DNA of 64,000 nt from a virus (taxonomy: Duplodnaviria; Heunggongvirae; Uroviricota; Caudoviricetes), in IMG/VR virus record IMGVR_UViG_3300006141_000002. One strand, 5' to 3'. Below, piece after piece: positions 20,131 to 29,600 of this stretch. Every line of letters begins with the position of its first letter. Positions within the stretch are counted from its first letter, which is position 1. The translations under genes and the position numbers were made by a program. The notes beneath the pieces are model-generated. The model did not search any database. It was not told the origin of the DNA and saw only the letters and a list, made by a program, of their open reading frames with translations.

Positions 20131-21343
20131 TCACCTCCTCCATCCAGTTGGTGAGCAGATCGCGCATACGCTTGCTTGGGACATACAGCCAAATCTCGTT
20201 CCCATCCCTGATTGCACTTCTCCAAATCCACTGTACCATGATGGACAGCGCATAAGCGTCTTCGTTTACATCAACACCGTTATTTTCATAGAAAATCTTT
20301 TGTCCAACGTTCATGTAAAGATTGACGCAATACGCCACGGCAGTGCGATCTCTATACTCATTGGTTGCTTTCTTATTGAATGGGATAAATCCTCTGGTGT
20401 ACCCTTTACCCTGTATCTTGTGTTTAGCGTCTTTATATGTACTCCACATCTTCTCGGCAGTATCTGTACCGCAGATATGACGGAAAAAGTTGTATAGGTT
20501 GTTCTTCAACTGATTGATGTCCGACCCCTCTTTGTTGAACCAGTTCAAGGACAGAGAGAACTCTGACTCTCCAATCTTGTTCAGCTTTGGATCATCCACC
20601 ACATGAATCATATCCTTCAACGTTGCAACGTACTCAGGGACATAACCCGATGAATCACTGAATCTGAACCCGACACTTTCGTCTCGCTGCACTCCGATGA
20701 ACTCATACGGGATATCGTACATCTCCAGAAAGTGGTGAAGGCTCTGCCCCTCGAACAGGTATGTCAGGATAAACACCTCGTCGAATGAAGTGATAAGTTC
20801 TGGCGGCAACTGCCAATAGAAGAAAGATTCCTTTTTCTCACCAGTCATACGGATCAGATCTCGCGTCCGCAGGATGCGGAACAACTCGCGGTGAGTCTTC
20901 CCGTTGTATACGTCTCTGGCGAGATGATATACGTCCTGCCGGACTTCTTCGATATACCCGGCATCTATCGCCATTTGAATGTCCGCCGGGTCTTCCTCCA
21001 GCGTCTCCAACACGTCAACGTTCTCGTCGATGATAAGCGTGTATCCACGATCCCTAACCATGTCCAGCAGCTCCTGTGGATAGAATCTGAACGCCTGGTG
21101 TGTGGTGGCGATGTTTTCCCCGCGTTTCACCAGATCAAGTGTATGGAGCGTTTTGGAACCGTTAAACTCTGTTTTCTTTTTGGGCTCGAAGAATTGGAGA
21201 CGTGGGCATGACGTTACGATCCGCGTCGCCTCCTCCAGATACGGTGTGATATAGACGAATCTTTTTTCAGGGTGCTCGTTCATGTATGTAATAGCAGCGG
21301 AACTTTTCCCCGTGCCCATAATGGCGTCGCATACTTTTACCAA
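20117..21343 (-). CDS. P-loop NTPase (helicase/ATPase-like)
   Basis: Walker A AIMGTGKSS, Walker B LIIDEN. Confidence 0.5.
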   Translation of the reverse strand: MVKVCDAIMGTGKSSAAITYMNEHPEKRFVYITPYLEEATRIVTSCPRLQFFEPKKKTEFNGSKTLHTLDLVKRGENIATTHQAFRFYPQELLDMVRDRGYTLIIDENVDVLETLEEDPADIQMAIDAGYIEEVRQDVYHLARDVYNGKTHRELFRILRTRDLIRMTGEKKESFFYWQLPPELITSFDEVFILTYLFEGQSLHHFLEMYDIPYEFIGVQRDESVGFRFSDSSGYVPEYVATLKDMIHVVDDPKLNKIGESEFSLSLNWFNKEGSDINQLKNNLYNFFRHICGTDTAEKMWSTYKDAKHKIQGKGYTRGFIPFNKKATNEYRDRTAVAYCVNLYMNVGQKIFYENNGVDVNEDAYALSIMVQWIWRSAIRDGNEIWLYVPSKRMRDLLTNWMEEVSVRG

Positions 21344-21720
21344 AAGATCACGTCCTTTATCCGGTCATTAAAGTAAAAGCCATGCTCGCCGGCCTCGTAC
21401 TTCTTCTTGTATCCAATACGCTCTAACGCCCACTGCGACGATCCGCACGGTTCGCACACGATACTGTCTGATGCTTGGATGTAATCAAAGTCATCGTGCT
21501 CCTCATCCCACACCTTATAACATACTGGACACCCATTGATGTCGCGGATGATTCCGACTACCACCCCGGCGTGGACAACACCGCTCTTATCTGATGCCTC
21601 CAGCTCATCACCGATAGATATGCGGTGATCCTCGCCAGAGCCGTAGTCGTCGAAGTCCTCCTCCACCGGTACGGCGCTGCAAATCCTATAGAACTGTAAC
21701 CAATTATTTTTCATAAGCAA
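21337..21720 (-). CDS. hypothetical Cys-rich protein
   Basis: 127-aa ORF with strong RBS. Confidence 0.4.
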   Translation of the reverse strand: MLMKNNWLQFYRICSAVPVEEDFDDYGSGEDHRISIGDELEASDKSGVVHAGVVVGIIRDINGCPVCYKVWDEEHDDFDYIQASDSIVCEPCGSSQWALERIGYKKKYEAGEHGFYFNDRIKDVIFW

Positions 21721-21736
21721 ACCTCCTTGCCACCGT

Positions 21737-21840
21737 TTGCCACCACCAAGGTGGCAAAACGAAAATTTGGTCCCTTGAAATGGGGCTTTTCAGGGGGTGA
21801 CCCTTAAAGAGAATCTCTGTAGGAACACTTGTAGCTATAG
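21737..21840. repeat. about 105-bp element, copy A (direct repeat of 29658-29755)
   Basis: TTGCCACC..GGTGGCAAAACG hairpin plus ACCCTTAAAGAGAATCTCTGTA shared with copy B. Confidence 0.6.
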
Positions 21841-21916
21841 AGCCTTAAAACAACGTAGCAGAGGGCTATGGTACTCTATGAAATTGTCAAGGTGCAATGG
21901 TGCCAGAGACGTCGGG

Positions 21917-22738
21917 TCAGCCGGCAGTCTGTTCGATGATGGTGCTGTCCACCAGATGCAGCTCGCGACGTCCACCCAGATTGAGTTTCAGGTACGCATC
22001 CTCGATCTCCTCACCAGTAATGCCGATATAGTCCAGTGTCTGGGCGGAGGTGCTATGTCCGAACATCTTCTGCAGGAGCAGGAGCTTGCGCGGATCGTTG
22101 TTGCTCATGACCATCTGATGATAGGCGAATGTCTTGCGGAGTGTATGTGTTGCAATGTGGATGTCGAGACCTAATGCCTCTCCGACCTCCTTCAGCACAC
22201 GATCTGCTGACTTCCTGGAGAGAGACTTGTTGTTGTCTTTACCGCACCTGTTGCTCACGCCCTTGAACATGAAGTCGCTAAGCCTGACGTTGGGCGTGTT
22301 CTCCAGATAGAGGGTGACAGCATCCACAACGGCATCGTTGATGGTGATGTATCTGTTCTTCTTTACATTTCTGGTGTTCTTCGTCTTCTTCTCCAGAATG
22401 GGAAATGTAGTCTTGAACCTGAACTGCTCGTCGATGATGTGGGAGAACCGCAGCGTCAGCAGATCGCTCACTCGCAGGCCAAAGTTGATGCCAACAATGA
22501 AGAGCATGTTGTCTCTGTACCGGCCATTGGAGATAAACCACTCAGAGACGGCGTATATGTCGTCCACACTCTTGATTGGCTCGCTGGTGTGTTCGTTGGC
22601 GATCTCGTAGCTCGTATCCTCTGTGGCCGGTGCGATCAGGCCATCTCGGAGAGCCCTGGCAGACCGGGCAACCGCCTTAACATCAATGATGGAGTCCTCA
22701 CTCCTCGCTCTGAAATCTACGGTAATTACCTTGTTCAT
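21917..22738 (-). CDS. int: tyrosine integrase/recombinase
   Basis: HTLRKTFAYH and LDYIG C-terminal catalytic region; start refined to MNKVITV with AGGAGGT RBS. Confidence 0.75.
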   Translation of the reverse strand: MNKVITVDFRARSEDSIIDVKAVARSARALRDGLIAPATEDTSYEIANEHTSEPIKSVDDIYAVSEWFISNGRYRDNMLFIVGINFGLRVSDLLTLRFSHIIDEQFRFKTTFPILEKKTKNTRNVKKNRYITINDAVVDAVTLYLENTPNVRLSDFMFKGVSNRCGKDNNKSLSRKSADRVLKEVGEALGLDIHIATHTLRKTFAYHQMVMSNNDPRKLLLLQKMFGHSTSAQTLDYIGITGEEIEDAYLKLNLGGRRELHLVDSTIIEQTAG

Positions 22739-22905
22739 CGTATTTGGTGACCTCCTATGTATCTGGCGAAACCGCCTCATAAATGCCTGTTGACTACGAT
22801 ACCATTATACCACATCTGGCCAAGATGTCAAGCGTTTTCTTCATAAAAAATTGTTGATTTTGGAGCCGTGGATCAAAGTCACAAATCAAGGCACTTTGGA
22901 AGGCA

Positions 22906-22977
22906 CCCTTTTATTATCTGTGATGATCCTATATAGAAATTGGCTTGTTCAAGGCACCATCCCCGATAATAAAAGGG
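22906..22977. promoter_or_regulatory. 13-bp perfect inverted repeat (CCCTTTTATTATC / GATAATAAAAGGG), each preceded by GGCACC
   Basis: seen directly in the int-regulator intergenic region. Confidence 0.45.
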
Positions 22978-23168
22978 CTTGAAACACAACGGATTGATGG
23001 GCGAGAAATCGGTGCCGAAGTGAGGAAAAATTGGGTGTGGGAGATGGGGCAACTAATGGGCTGGGGCGCGGCGTTGCCGTCTCAAAATATGGAAATTACG
23101 CCCCTATGGGACATAGTGTCATTTTGTGACATAGGGAACAGGGAGAAAAGCGGCCCACACTCCACATA

Positions 23169-23189
23169 GTGACATACAAGCCCATGCGT
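23169..23189 (+). promoter_or_regulatory. GTGACATACAAGCCCATGCGT motif copy 1 (promoter-like: GTGACA-N16-TACTAT)
   Basis: same 21-mer recurs at 24168 and 24249. Confidence 0.4.
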
Positions 23190-23213
23190 TACTATGCGCC
23201 ATAAAGAAAAGTG

Positions 23214-23242
23214 TTGACAAGTGGCGTTCGGTGGTGTATAGT
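23214..23242 (+). promoter_or_regulatory. sigma-70 consensus promoter TTGACA-17-TATAGT
   Basis: perfect -35, 17-nt spacer, near-consensus -10, 70 nt upstream of the 23315 start. Confidence 0.6.
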
Positions 23243-23314
23243 AGCTATATCACCAGGGCAGACACGCCGCAAACGTGCCACCCGATACCATTGGTGAATA
23301 GAAAGGAATACACC

Positions 23315-24097
23315 ATGAAATACCAAATTTGCACATTGGGAGCAGCCACCGAACAGGGGCGCACAGTCACAGCCACCGCACAAGTGGAAGCGGACACAAT
23401 CGCACAGGCCACCGAACAGGCCACGGCACAAGGGTATAAATTGGCGGATATTCGCGTTTATCCCTTCTGTACTCCCACCGATGGAGCGGCGCAAATGGAG
23501 CTTGCGCGTCACACATTGGCAAGCGTGGAAAATTGGGAGCGACGCAACAATAACGCCGTATTGAACCCCCAACGCCGTAACATATGGGAGCGTGAAGACA
23601 TGGTAATGATTGCATGTGTAGCAATCAACGCCATATTTGCGGAGAACGCCGCCGCCGATATGCACACGCTGAAAACCGCCGCCTTTTCTGCTATCCGCAC
23701 AGAACAGGGCAAAAAGGACAGGAATAGTGAGCGGGAATATATGCCCGGCTGGATTGCTTGCAACGTTACGCCGCGAGAGGCCCGCGCCACTTGCCCGGCC
23801 CTTGACAGACTGATTAGAAAAGCCGTCAAAAGCGCGGATATGACAGATGGGCAAATGAACGCGCTTTTGATGTCCTATGAACAGGGCAAAAGCGTGCAAG
23901 ACATAGCAGACGAAACAGGCACGAAACGCGCCACCGTCTACCAGACGCTTTACAGGGCTTATTACAAGGTACTTTCCCGCGCCGTTGAAATTGACGTCAA
24001 TTTACAAGCGTTCACCGCCGCTGGATACACGGCAAGCGACATTGACGAAACGTTGAACATTTTACGCCACCGCGCACGTTGGGACAAGAAAAAGTGA
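23315..24097 (+). CDS. transcriptional regulator with sigma-70 region-4-like HTH
   Basis: C-terminal MTDGQMNALLMSYEQGKSVQDIADETGTKRATVYQTLYRA resembles a region-4 HTH; RBS GAAAGGAA. Confidence 0.5.
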   Translation: MKYQICTLGAATEQGRTVTATAQVEADTIAQATEQATAQGYKLADIRVYPFCTPTDGAAQMELARHTLASVENWERRNNNAVLNPQRRNIWEREDMVMIACVAINAIFAENAAADMHTLKTAAFSAIRTEQGKKDRNSEREYMPGWIACNVTPREARATCPALDRLIRKAVKSADMTDGQMNALLMSYEQGKSVQDIADETGTKRATVYQTLYRAYYKVLSRAVEIDVNLQAFTAAGYTASDIDETLNILRHRARWDKKK

Positions 24098-24113
24098 TAC
24101 CAGGCCACCACGC

Positions 24114-24155
24114 AAGAGGGGAGCGGCACACGCCGCGCCCCTCTTTTTTTTTTTC
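24114..24155 (+). terminator. rho-independent terminator
   Basis: GAGGGGAGCGGCACACGCCGCGCCCCUC followed by U11. Confidence 0.7.
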
Positions 24156-24166
24156 GTTCGCCCTCT

Positions 24167-24301
24167 GGTGACATACAAGCCCATGCGTATATGTAGGGCG
24201 AACGGCACAGCACCGCCCCACAGCACCGCCACCGCCCACGCCGCACGGGTGACATACAAGCCCATGCGTATATGTAGGGCGAACGGCACAGCACCGCCCC
24301 A
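24167..24301 (+). repeat. tandem 54-bp direct repeat (x2) each carrying the GTGACATACAAGCCCATGCGTATATGTA promoter-like motif
   Basis: exact duplication separated by 27 nt. Confidence 0.65.
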
Positions 24302-24329
24302 CCAAAAAAAACAAGATACCAATGCAGCC

Positions 24330-25000
24330 CAGTCAATCCCTTATGGGTATTGGCCGGTCAGTCCCAAGCCTGTAATGCAGAGGGGTATCTCAGCGCCACC
24401 TTGAGGGCATCCCACGCTTGCTCAAGGGGTACTTCTGCCATCAGAAGAAGTGTACTCTTGCAACATGTGACGGCTCCAACCGTCCCAAGAGAAGGCCAGC
24501 CAAAAATTGGGAGAGTTAGGCTCCCAGTGCGCGGGTACTGAACGCGGGCAGTATTGAGTTCTCGGCAATCAGTTGGTTCCGCTCCAACTGCAAACGTGAT
24601 GGAAACGTGTGGGTGGATAAGTGCTTGACGGTTCAGGATGGCTCAGCTATAAAGCAGCTTTGTGACTATGCTTAAAAGGCGTCGCAGTTCTCAAGGAGGG
24701 TTGCGCGTTGCGTGGCACATCGCCGCCGGAAGGCTCTAAGGGAGTTAGTACAGCGAGCGGAATAGTTGGCCGGAGTGGATTTGATAGCATGATAACGTGA
24801 ATTTTTCTCTCCCAATGGTGAGCGGTTGAAATGCCGCGCACTTCGGTGAATACTGCGACAAGTGGTGCGGGCGTCTTTACGTCCCGTGGACTTGAGCGCA
24901 GAGCAGAAGTCACCAGAGGGAGTGCAAACCTATATCGAGCCCTGGAGCGGCTTCGTTCCAGGGCTTCATTATGGGCTTGCCCATAGAAAATCTTATTAGG
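24330..25000 (+). ncRNA. about 670-nt ORF-poor GC-rich region, candidate structured ncRNA or long leader
   Basis: no ORF over 90 aa; downstream of tandem promoter-like repeats. Confidence 0.2.
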
Positions 25001-25010
25001 AGGTTACGTT

Positions 25011-25874
25011 ATGGCAACGAAAAATCGTAAGGCAGAGCTGCTGAAGGATTACGAGGCGAAGATCGCCGAGGTCAACCAGGCTTGCGCCAAGGGAACGAAC
25101 GCCGACGTTGAGGGCAAGCTGGCTGAGCTCGTCAACATCGAGAAGGAGTATCGCTCCTTGCGCGAGTCCGAGGTGTTCGCCGGGCTTCTGGACACCCACC
25201 AGGCCATCGAGCTTCACCACTTCACCACCATCGGCCACAAGAAGACCACCGACGAGGGCCGCATGACCGGCGTTGAGAAGGCCGAGCGCACCGTTCAAAT
25301 CGACCTTAAGAAGTTCTGCGAGGTCAAGGGGTTCGACCTGGGCTGGTTCTATGAGCTTCAGGCTCTCAACAAGCGGCTGACGCTCCGCGTCGCCGAGACC
25401 ATCGGAGTTACCGCCGCTGAGATGAAGCGGATTGATGACTCCTACAACATGGACAAGTTGGCGTCTGAAATCCAGTTGGGCAAGACACCCACCAGCGACA
25501 CCCAGGTCGTCAAGCATATGCAACGGGTTTTGGACATGCTTTCCCCCGGTGAGGGCAAGGTCAACGGCCACGACCTGGGCTATGTGATGTCCTGTTACAC
25601 CAAGCGCAACAACCGCGCCGCCCTGCGGGTTCAGTGTTCCAAGCACACCATCCTGATGTCCTTGATGGGCGACGTTTTCTACCGCATCGTTACCAAGGGT
25701 GTCTACGGCGTGGATTACAAGCGCAACGGTGCCGCCGCCACCGAGCCCAAGGATGAGAAGGGTTCTGCGCCCAAGGCCAAAACGGGTTCCAAGACCCGCG
25801 CCAAGAAGTCCAAGGCGGCTGAGGTTTCCACTCCTGAGCCGATGACCGCCGAGAAGGCTCCTGCCGCCGCCTGA
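25011..25874 (+). CDS. hypothetical protein with Lys/Ala-rich histone-H1-like C-terminal tail
   Basis: strong RBS AGGAGGT; C-terminal KAKTGSKTRAKKSKAAE. Confidence 0.5.
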   Translation: MATKNRKAELLKDYEAKIAEVNQACAKGTNADVEGKLAELVNIEKEYRSLRESEVFAGLLDTHQAIELHHFTTIGHKKTTDEGRMTGVEKAERTVQIDLKKFCEVKGFDLGWFYELQALNKRLTLRVAETIGVTAAEMKRIDDSYNMDKLASEIQLGKTPTSDTQVVKHMQRVLDMLSPGEGKVNGHDLGYVMSCYTKRNNRAALRVQCSKHTILMSLMGDVFYRIVTKGVYGVDYKRNGAAATEPKDEKGSAPKAKTGSKTRAKKSKAAEVSTPEPMTAEKAPAAA

Positions 25875-26011
25875 TTGCGGCACAGCGGAGGTTTTACCTC
25901 CGCGCCTAATGCGACTGGCGGACGTTGTCCGCTAACGGTCTCAAGTCCGTGTAAACGCAGAGAGGGCAAAAGGTTTTGACTTACGGCCTGAAGGCCAGGA
26001 GGAGGTTTTGT

Positions 26012-26398
26012 ATGAGAAAACGTTTGACGGTTCTCATCTCTGCGGTCGTGATGGCCGTATCCCTGATGGCGATAGGTTCCACCGCGTTTGCTATCGGTCC
26101 CATTCTGGGAGGTCTGTCAATCGAAACGCCTGACGTTTCGGCCTACCATCTGAGGACTGCTGAGGTGGTGTCCTTGGATTATGAAGCGGATACGGTTTAT
26201 CTCGTGGACGCTGTAGGTTTTCGTTGGCAATTCGCTGGCTGTGAGGATTGGTGTACCGGCGATATTGCCGAGATTCTCTTGTGGGATTGTAACGGGACGC
26301 CCGACACCATCCTGGATGATGTGATTTTGAAAACAGAATACTCCGGCTATGTGATCCTTGAGCTGAGTCATCCGCCGTATGTTGTAAGCCAGGGTTAG
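26012..26398 (+). CDS. secreted/exported small protein (signal peptide)
   Basis: MRKRLTVLISAVVMAVSLMAIGSTAFA signal-like N-terminus, RBS GGAGGAGG. Confidence 0.45.
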   Translation: MRKRLTVLISAVVMAVSLMAIGSTAFAIGPILGGLSIETPDVSAYHLRTAEVVSLDYEADTVYLVDAVGFRWQFAGCEDWCTGDIAEILLWDCNGTPDTILDDVILKTEYSGYVILELSHPPYVVSQG

Positions 26399-26490
26399 GT
26401 TTTTGGCTCTGCTCTGGTGAGGTTTCTGATTGCAAATCAATTCTGCTGATGGTATAATTGGCTTAAACTTTAGGCAAGGAGCGTGATGGA

Positions 26491-26829
26491 TTGTACCAGT
26501 TTGAGCACATCTTCGAGGCTCTGCTTGTGGCTGCCGTAAGGGACGGCCCTTCGGACAAATGCACTGTGAACGATGGTCAGTATGAGGTTTTGAAATCCGT
26601 TTACAATGAGGTTTCCGACATCATTGGAGCGGCGGCGACCTTGAAGCTATACCCGACGTTCACTTCTGGGAGCGTTTCGATTGAGATTCCTGACATCCAC
26701 TTGGAAGGAGAAAAGGTTTCTATGCTGAGAGACGCTTTGAGCAAGTGCAATACCTTCGAGCTGGTTCCATTGAACAATGGCGGTCTAAGGGCTTCGATGA
26801 CGGTGAAAGGCGTTTTCGACGACAACTGA
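26491..26829 (+). CDS. hypothetical protein (TTG start)
   Basis: AAGGAG RBS 10 nt upstream of TTG. Confidence 0.3.
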   Translation: MYQFEHIFEALLVAAVRDGPSDKCTVNDGQYEVLKSVYNEVSDIIGAAATLKLYPTFTSGSVSIEIPDIHLEGEKVSMLRDALSKCNTFELVPLNNGGLRASMTVKGVFDDN

Positions 26830-26844
26830 ACAGGCGTATAAAAG

Positions 26845-26882
26845 GACTCTCTGAGGTTTCGACCCAGAGGGTCTTTTTTATG
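26845..26882 (+). terminator. rho-independent terminator
   Basis: 9-bp stem GACUCUCUG/CAGAGGGUC then U6. Confidence 0.5.
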
Positions 26883-26998
26883 CCCATTTGATAGCCGCGC
26901 TGATGAGCCGTAATGACGGCGAAACGGGCTTTTGCCCGTCCGCGGATGGAATACTGTCTGCTGAGGTTCACAAATCAAAAAATGAACGGAGGAAATCT

Positions 26999-27130
26999 AT
27001 GGCGAATTATTCTTGTAAGGAGACATGCGGGCAGGAGAAGCCCTGCGGAAACAGATATTGCTCCGCTAATCCGAAGTATGTCCCGCCCGCTCCCAAGAAG
27101 AAGGGCAAGAAGGTTTCCGGCAGTAAGTAG
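26999..27130 (+). CDS. 43-aa Cys-rich basic peptide
   Basis: MANYSCKETCGQEKPCGNRYC...KKKGKK; RBS AACGGAGGAAA. Confidence 0.3.
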   Translation: MANYSCKETCGQEKPCGNRYCSANPKYVPPAPKKKGKKVSGSK

Positions 27131-27360
27131 TCGGCATATAGCCGCCCTGACGAGTCGCTGAAAATTGCGACGAAACCGCCCAATAGGGCGGTCGGCGGAA
27201 CAGGCATATAGGGGCCGCGTTCGAGTCACCCATGTTGCCGGGTTCACAGGCTAAACTCCCTCGATTTGCTTCAAGTGAACTGTTGAGCTGAGGGTAATGG
27301 AACTGTATGCTGTTCCGCCATCAGGTTTCAAACCAAAATCGAATATGAGAGGGTGATACG

Positions 27361-27573
27361 ATGACCAAGTTTGAGCAGCGCGGCGTTGAGCTCCAGCATG
27401 AAGCTGTATCCATCGGCCACGCAAGAAAGAATTTCTCTTACTCCTGCGATGTGTGCTGCAATAGGGGTTTGCATCTGGATTGCGATAGGTGTGCTATCGC
27501 AGCTACTCACTCTCTCGTTGTCGCCACATTCGAGGGTGCTTCTGTATCCATGCCCAGAAGGGTTTTAAGGTAA
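27361..27573 (+). CDS. small Cys-rich hypothetical protein
   Basis: CDVCCNRGLHLDCDRC; RBS GAGAGGGTGA. Confidence 0.35.
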   Translation: MTKFEQRGVELQHEAVSIGHARKNFSYSCDVCCNRGLHLDCDRCAIAATHSLVVATFEGASVSMPRRVLR

Positions 27574-27677
27574 CATCTGGCCAGTGCGCCGTGTTCGGAG
27601 GTTGGCGGCGTTGAACGAGGTGGAGGCTGGCCTCGTGGTAAAAATCATAGCGGTTCATTTGCATAGGGGGATTAGAT

Positions 27678-27833
27678 ATGAAACGCTTTGCAGTTTTCGG
27701 TTATGGGTATAACCCCAATATTCCGGTCTGTTATGTCTTCGCGCTGAAAATCGAAGAAGCATGGGAACAGGCAAAAGAACTTGTCGGCGGACGGGTTTTC
27801 ATCTCTGATGTGGTGGAAGAACAGCCGGCATGA
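27678..27833 (+). CDS. small hypothetical protein (51 aa)
   Basis: ATG after RBS-like GGGGGATTAG. Confidence 0.2.
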   Translation: MKRFAVFGYGYNPNIPVCYVFALKIEEAWEQAKELVGGRVFISDVVEEQPA

Positions 27834-27885
27834 TTTCAGTTAGTAAACCGATCCTCATACCGATTTTGAGGTTCGGTTTGCATAT

Positions 27886-27958
27886 GGCGTGGTAGCTCAG
27901 TAGGTAGAGCTGCGGATTGATAATCCGTGTGTCGCCGGTTCAAGCCCGGTCCACGCTA
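27886..27958 (+). tRNA. tRNA-Ile (anticodon GAT)
   Basis: GGCGUGG acceptor, D-loop AGCUCAGUAGGUAGAGC, anticodon loop UUGAUAA, T-loop GGUUCAAGCCC. Confidence 0.7.
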
Positions 27959-28206
27959 AACCACATGGCAAAGCTGACCGCGACGGGCTTTACGCGGCAT
28001 ACCGTATCGTGAAAAGAGTACCGAGATACGGAAGGGATTGGGAGGCGTCCCCATTCCTTGGTCTGAGGGGATGACCCAGCAGTGGGTAGAAAGTCGGGAA
28101 AATCCGATAGTTTAGTTTATGAATTGATACGGACTAAGCTACACGCACACTTACGAAATAAGAAACCTCAGTAGCGTGGGTCGCCGTCCAGAATTTCCGG
28201 ACGGCT

Positions 28207-28255
28207 TCTTAATGCAGCCATTGGCGGTCACAAGCCCGCATGAGAAATGCAGAGT
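28207..28255 (+). repeat. 48-nt conserved element copy 1 (covarying hairpin with loop UCACAAGC)
   Basis: TTAATGCAGCCATTGGCGGTCACAAGCCCGCATGAGAAATGCAGAGTG vs copy at 29601. Confidence 0.5.
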
Positions 28256-28285
28256 GAGAAACCCGCAACGAGAGGGAGGTTTTAG

Positions 28286-28492
28286 ATGGCAGCTTATACA
28301 AGAAATCAGCGCCGCCAGAAGCTAATGGCACAGCAAAGGGTCATGGGTTTGATTATGCTCCTTATCACAGGTCTCATCTTCTGGCTCGCTTCAACCGGCG
28401 TAACACCTGAAGACCAGGACTGTACCGCAATCTTCATCACGCTCCCACTCGGTCTGTGGTTTCTGTTCAGCCGCAAAATCGTGATTGTATAA
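28286..28492 (+). CDS. small membrane protein
   Basis: two hydrophobic segments; RBS AGAGGGAGG. Confidence 0.4.
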   Translation: MAAYTRNQRRQKLMAQQRVMGLIMLLITGLIFWLASTGVTPEDQDCTAIFITLPLGLWFLFSRKIVIV

Positions 28493-28504
28493 AGAGGTGA
28501 GGTC

Positions 28505-29050
28505 ATGAAAGAAAACATCACCGTGGATGAGCTTTGGGAATATTTCTCAGAGCACAGGAAAGCGTTGGCAAATGAGTATCAGGTAATTGCCAGCGATGAA
28601 GATCAAGGCGTTGAAATCTATGTCGCCGAAGATGGAGGTTTCCCCTGTTTCTCTGTTGAGGTTGACGGCGAGGAGGTTCACAACGTCAAGACCTATTCGT
28701 ACCTCGACGCAGAGAAGACCTATGATAACTTGCTTTCCACATATATCTATCCCGACGATGATGAGGAAGATTATGTGTCGGGCGATGAAGAACGGGTCAA
28801 TGAAATCATCGGTTCCGTCGAGGACATGCTTACCGTCATGCTTGACGAAGACCCCGCAAAGGCGGGAATTTCTCCACAGGAAATTGATGAAATCGCCTCA
28901 ATCGTCGAGGAATACCTGTTCGAGAACTTTGGGTTCTCTATCCGACACCCAACCAATGTTGACGGCGTGATGGTTCAGTACCCGTTTGGAGATCCCGATG
29001 AGGGTTCGGAAGACATTCCTGATCCTGATAGCATCGACCAGGAAACCTAA
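28505..29050 (+). CDS. acidic hypothetical protein
   Basis: 181 aa, Asp/Glu rich; RBS AAAGAGGTGAGG. Confidence 0.5.
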   Translation: MKENITVDELWEYFSEHRKALANEYQVIASDEDQGVEIYVAEDGGFPCFSVEVDGEEVHNVKTYSYLDAEKTYDNLLSTYIYPDDDEEDYVSGDEERVNEIIGSVEDMLTVMLDEDPAKAGISPQEIDEIASIVEEYLFENFGFSIRHPTNVDGVMVQYPFGDPDEGSEDIPDPDSIDQET

Positions 29051-29447
29051 AACGGTAGTTTTATTTCGTTATTCTGCACTCTGAAGACGCCTAGGAGTGT
29101 TTGAATATTATCTTCATGGAGGTATCCGAGAATTTATGCCCGCCGCGCCCGGCGGTAGACCGGGCCCATTGCGCCGGGGACGGAACCTCGAAAAGGAGGG
29201 AAGGTTTTGCATCGAGCACGCGACCAGCCCAAATCTTCATAATAGATTGATTATCGAAGATTAAATTGAAAGATTTTACGGCGCCGCCGGCAGATTTGCC
29301 AGACGGCGTGAAGTCCATGCTTTACCGATGAGTAAAGGAGGTTTGCCGAACCTTGACATCAACCTGGGGAGTCATATGTGCTCCCCGTTGAATGCCGGCC
29401 TATCAGCAGTTTGGTGGTTCTGCCTGAACAAAAACCACCACCCTAAG

Positions 29448-29515
29448 TCGGGGTGGCCGAGCGACTGGAGGCGGGAAACCGTCCGTGGGTTCAAATCCCA
29501 CTCCCGATGCCAGCG
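29448..29515 (+). other. tRNA-like element lacking an anticodon arm
   Basis: acceptor GUCGGGG/UCCCGAU with G.U pairs, class-II D arm GCC-GAGCGACUGGA-GGC, T arm GUGGGUUCAAAUCCCAC, 3' GCCA. Confidence 0.3.
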
Positions 29516-29600
29516 CCATAGGCGCTTCCCAATGCCGTAGGTTACATCCAGCGGTTCTTTCCTTTCCGATAGGCGGCCTGCAAAGTAGCGGGCCGCCTGC

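Noticed and set aside
24330-25000. RNase P RNA or second tmRNA in the ORF-free region
   Set aside because: There is no GGAAAGUCCGG or ACAGAACCCGGCUUA-type RNase P conserved region. There is no tRNA-like 3' end.
24996-25883. 295-aa minus-strand ORF antisense to the 25011-25874 gene
   Set aside because: It has Gly/Leu-rich antisense translation and no RBS. The plus-strand gene has a strong RBS and the Lys-rich tail typical of a real protein.
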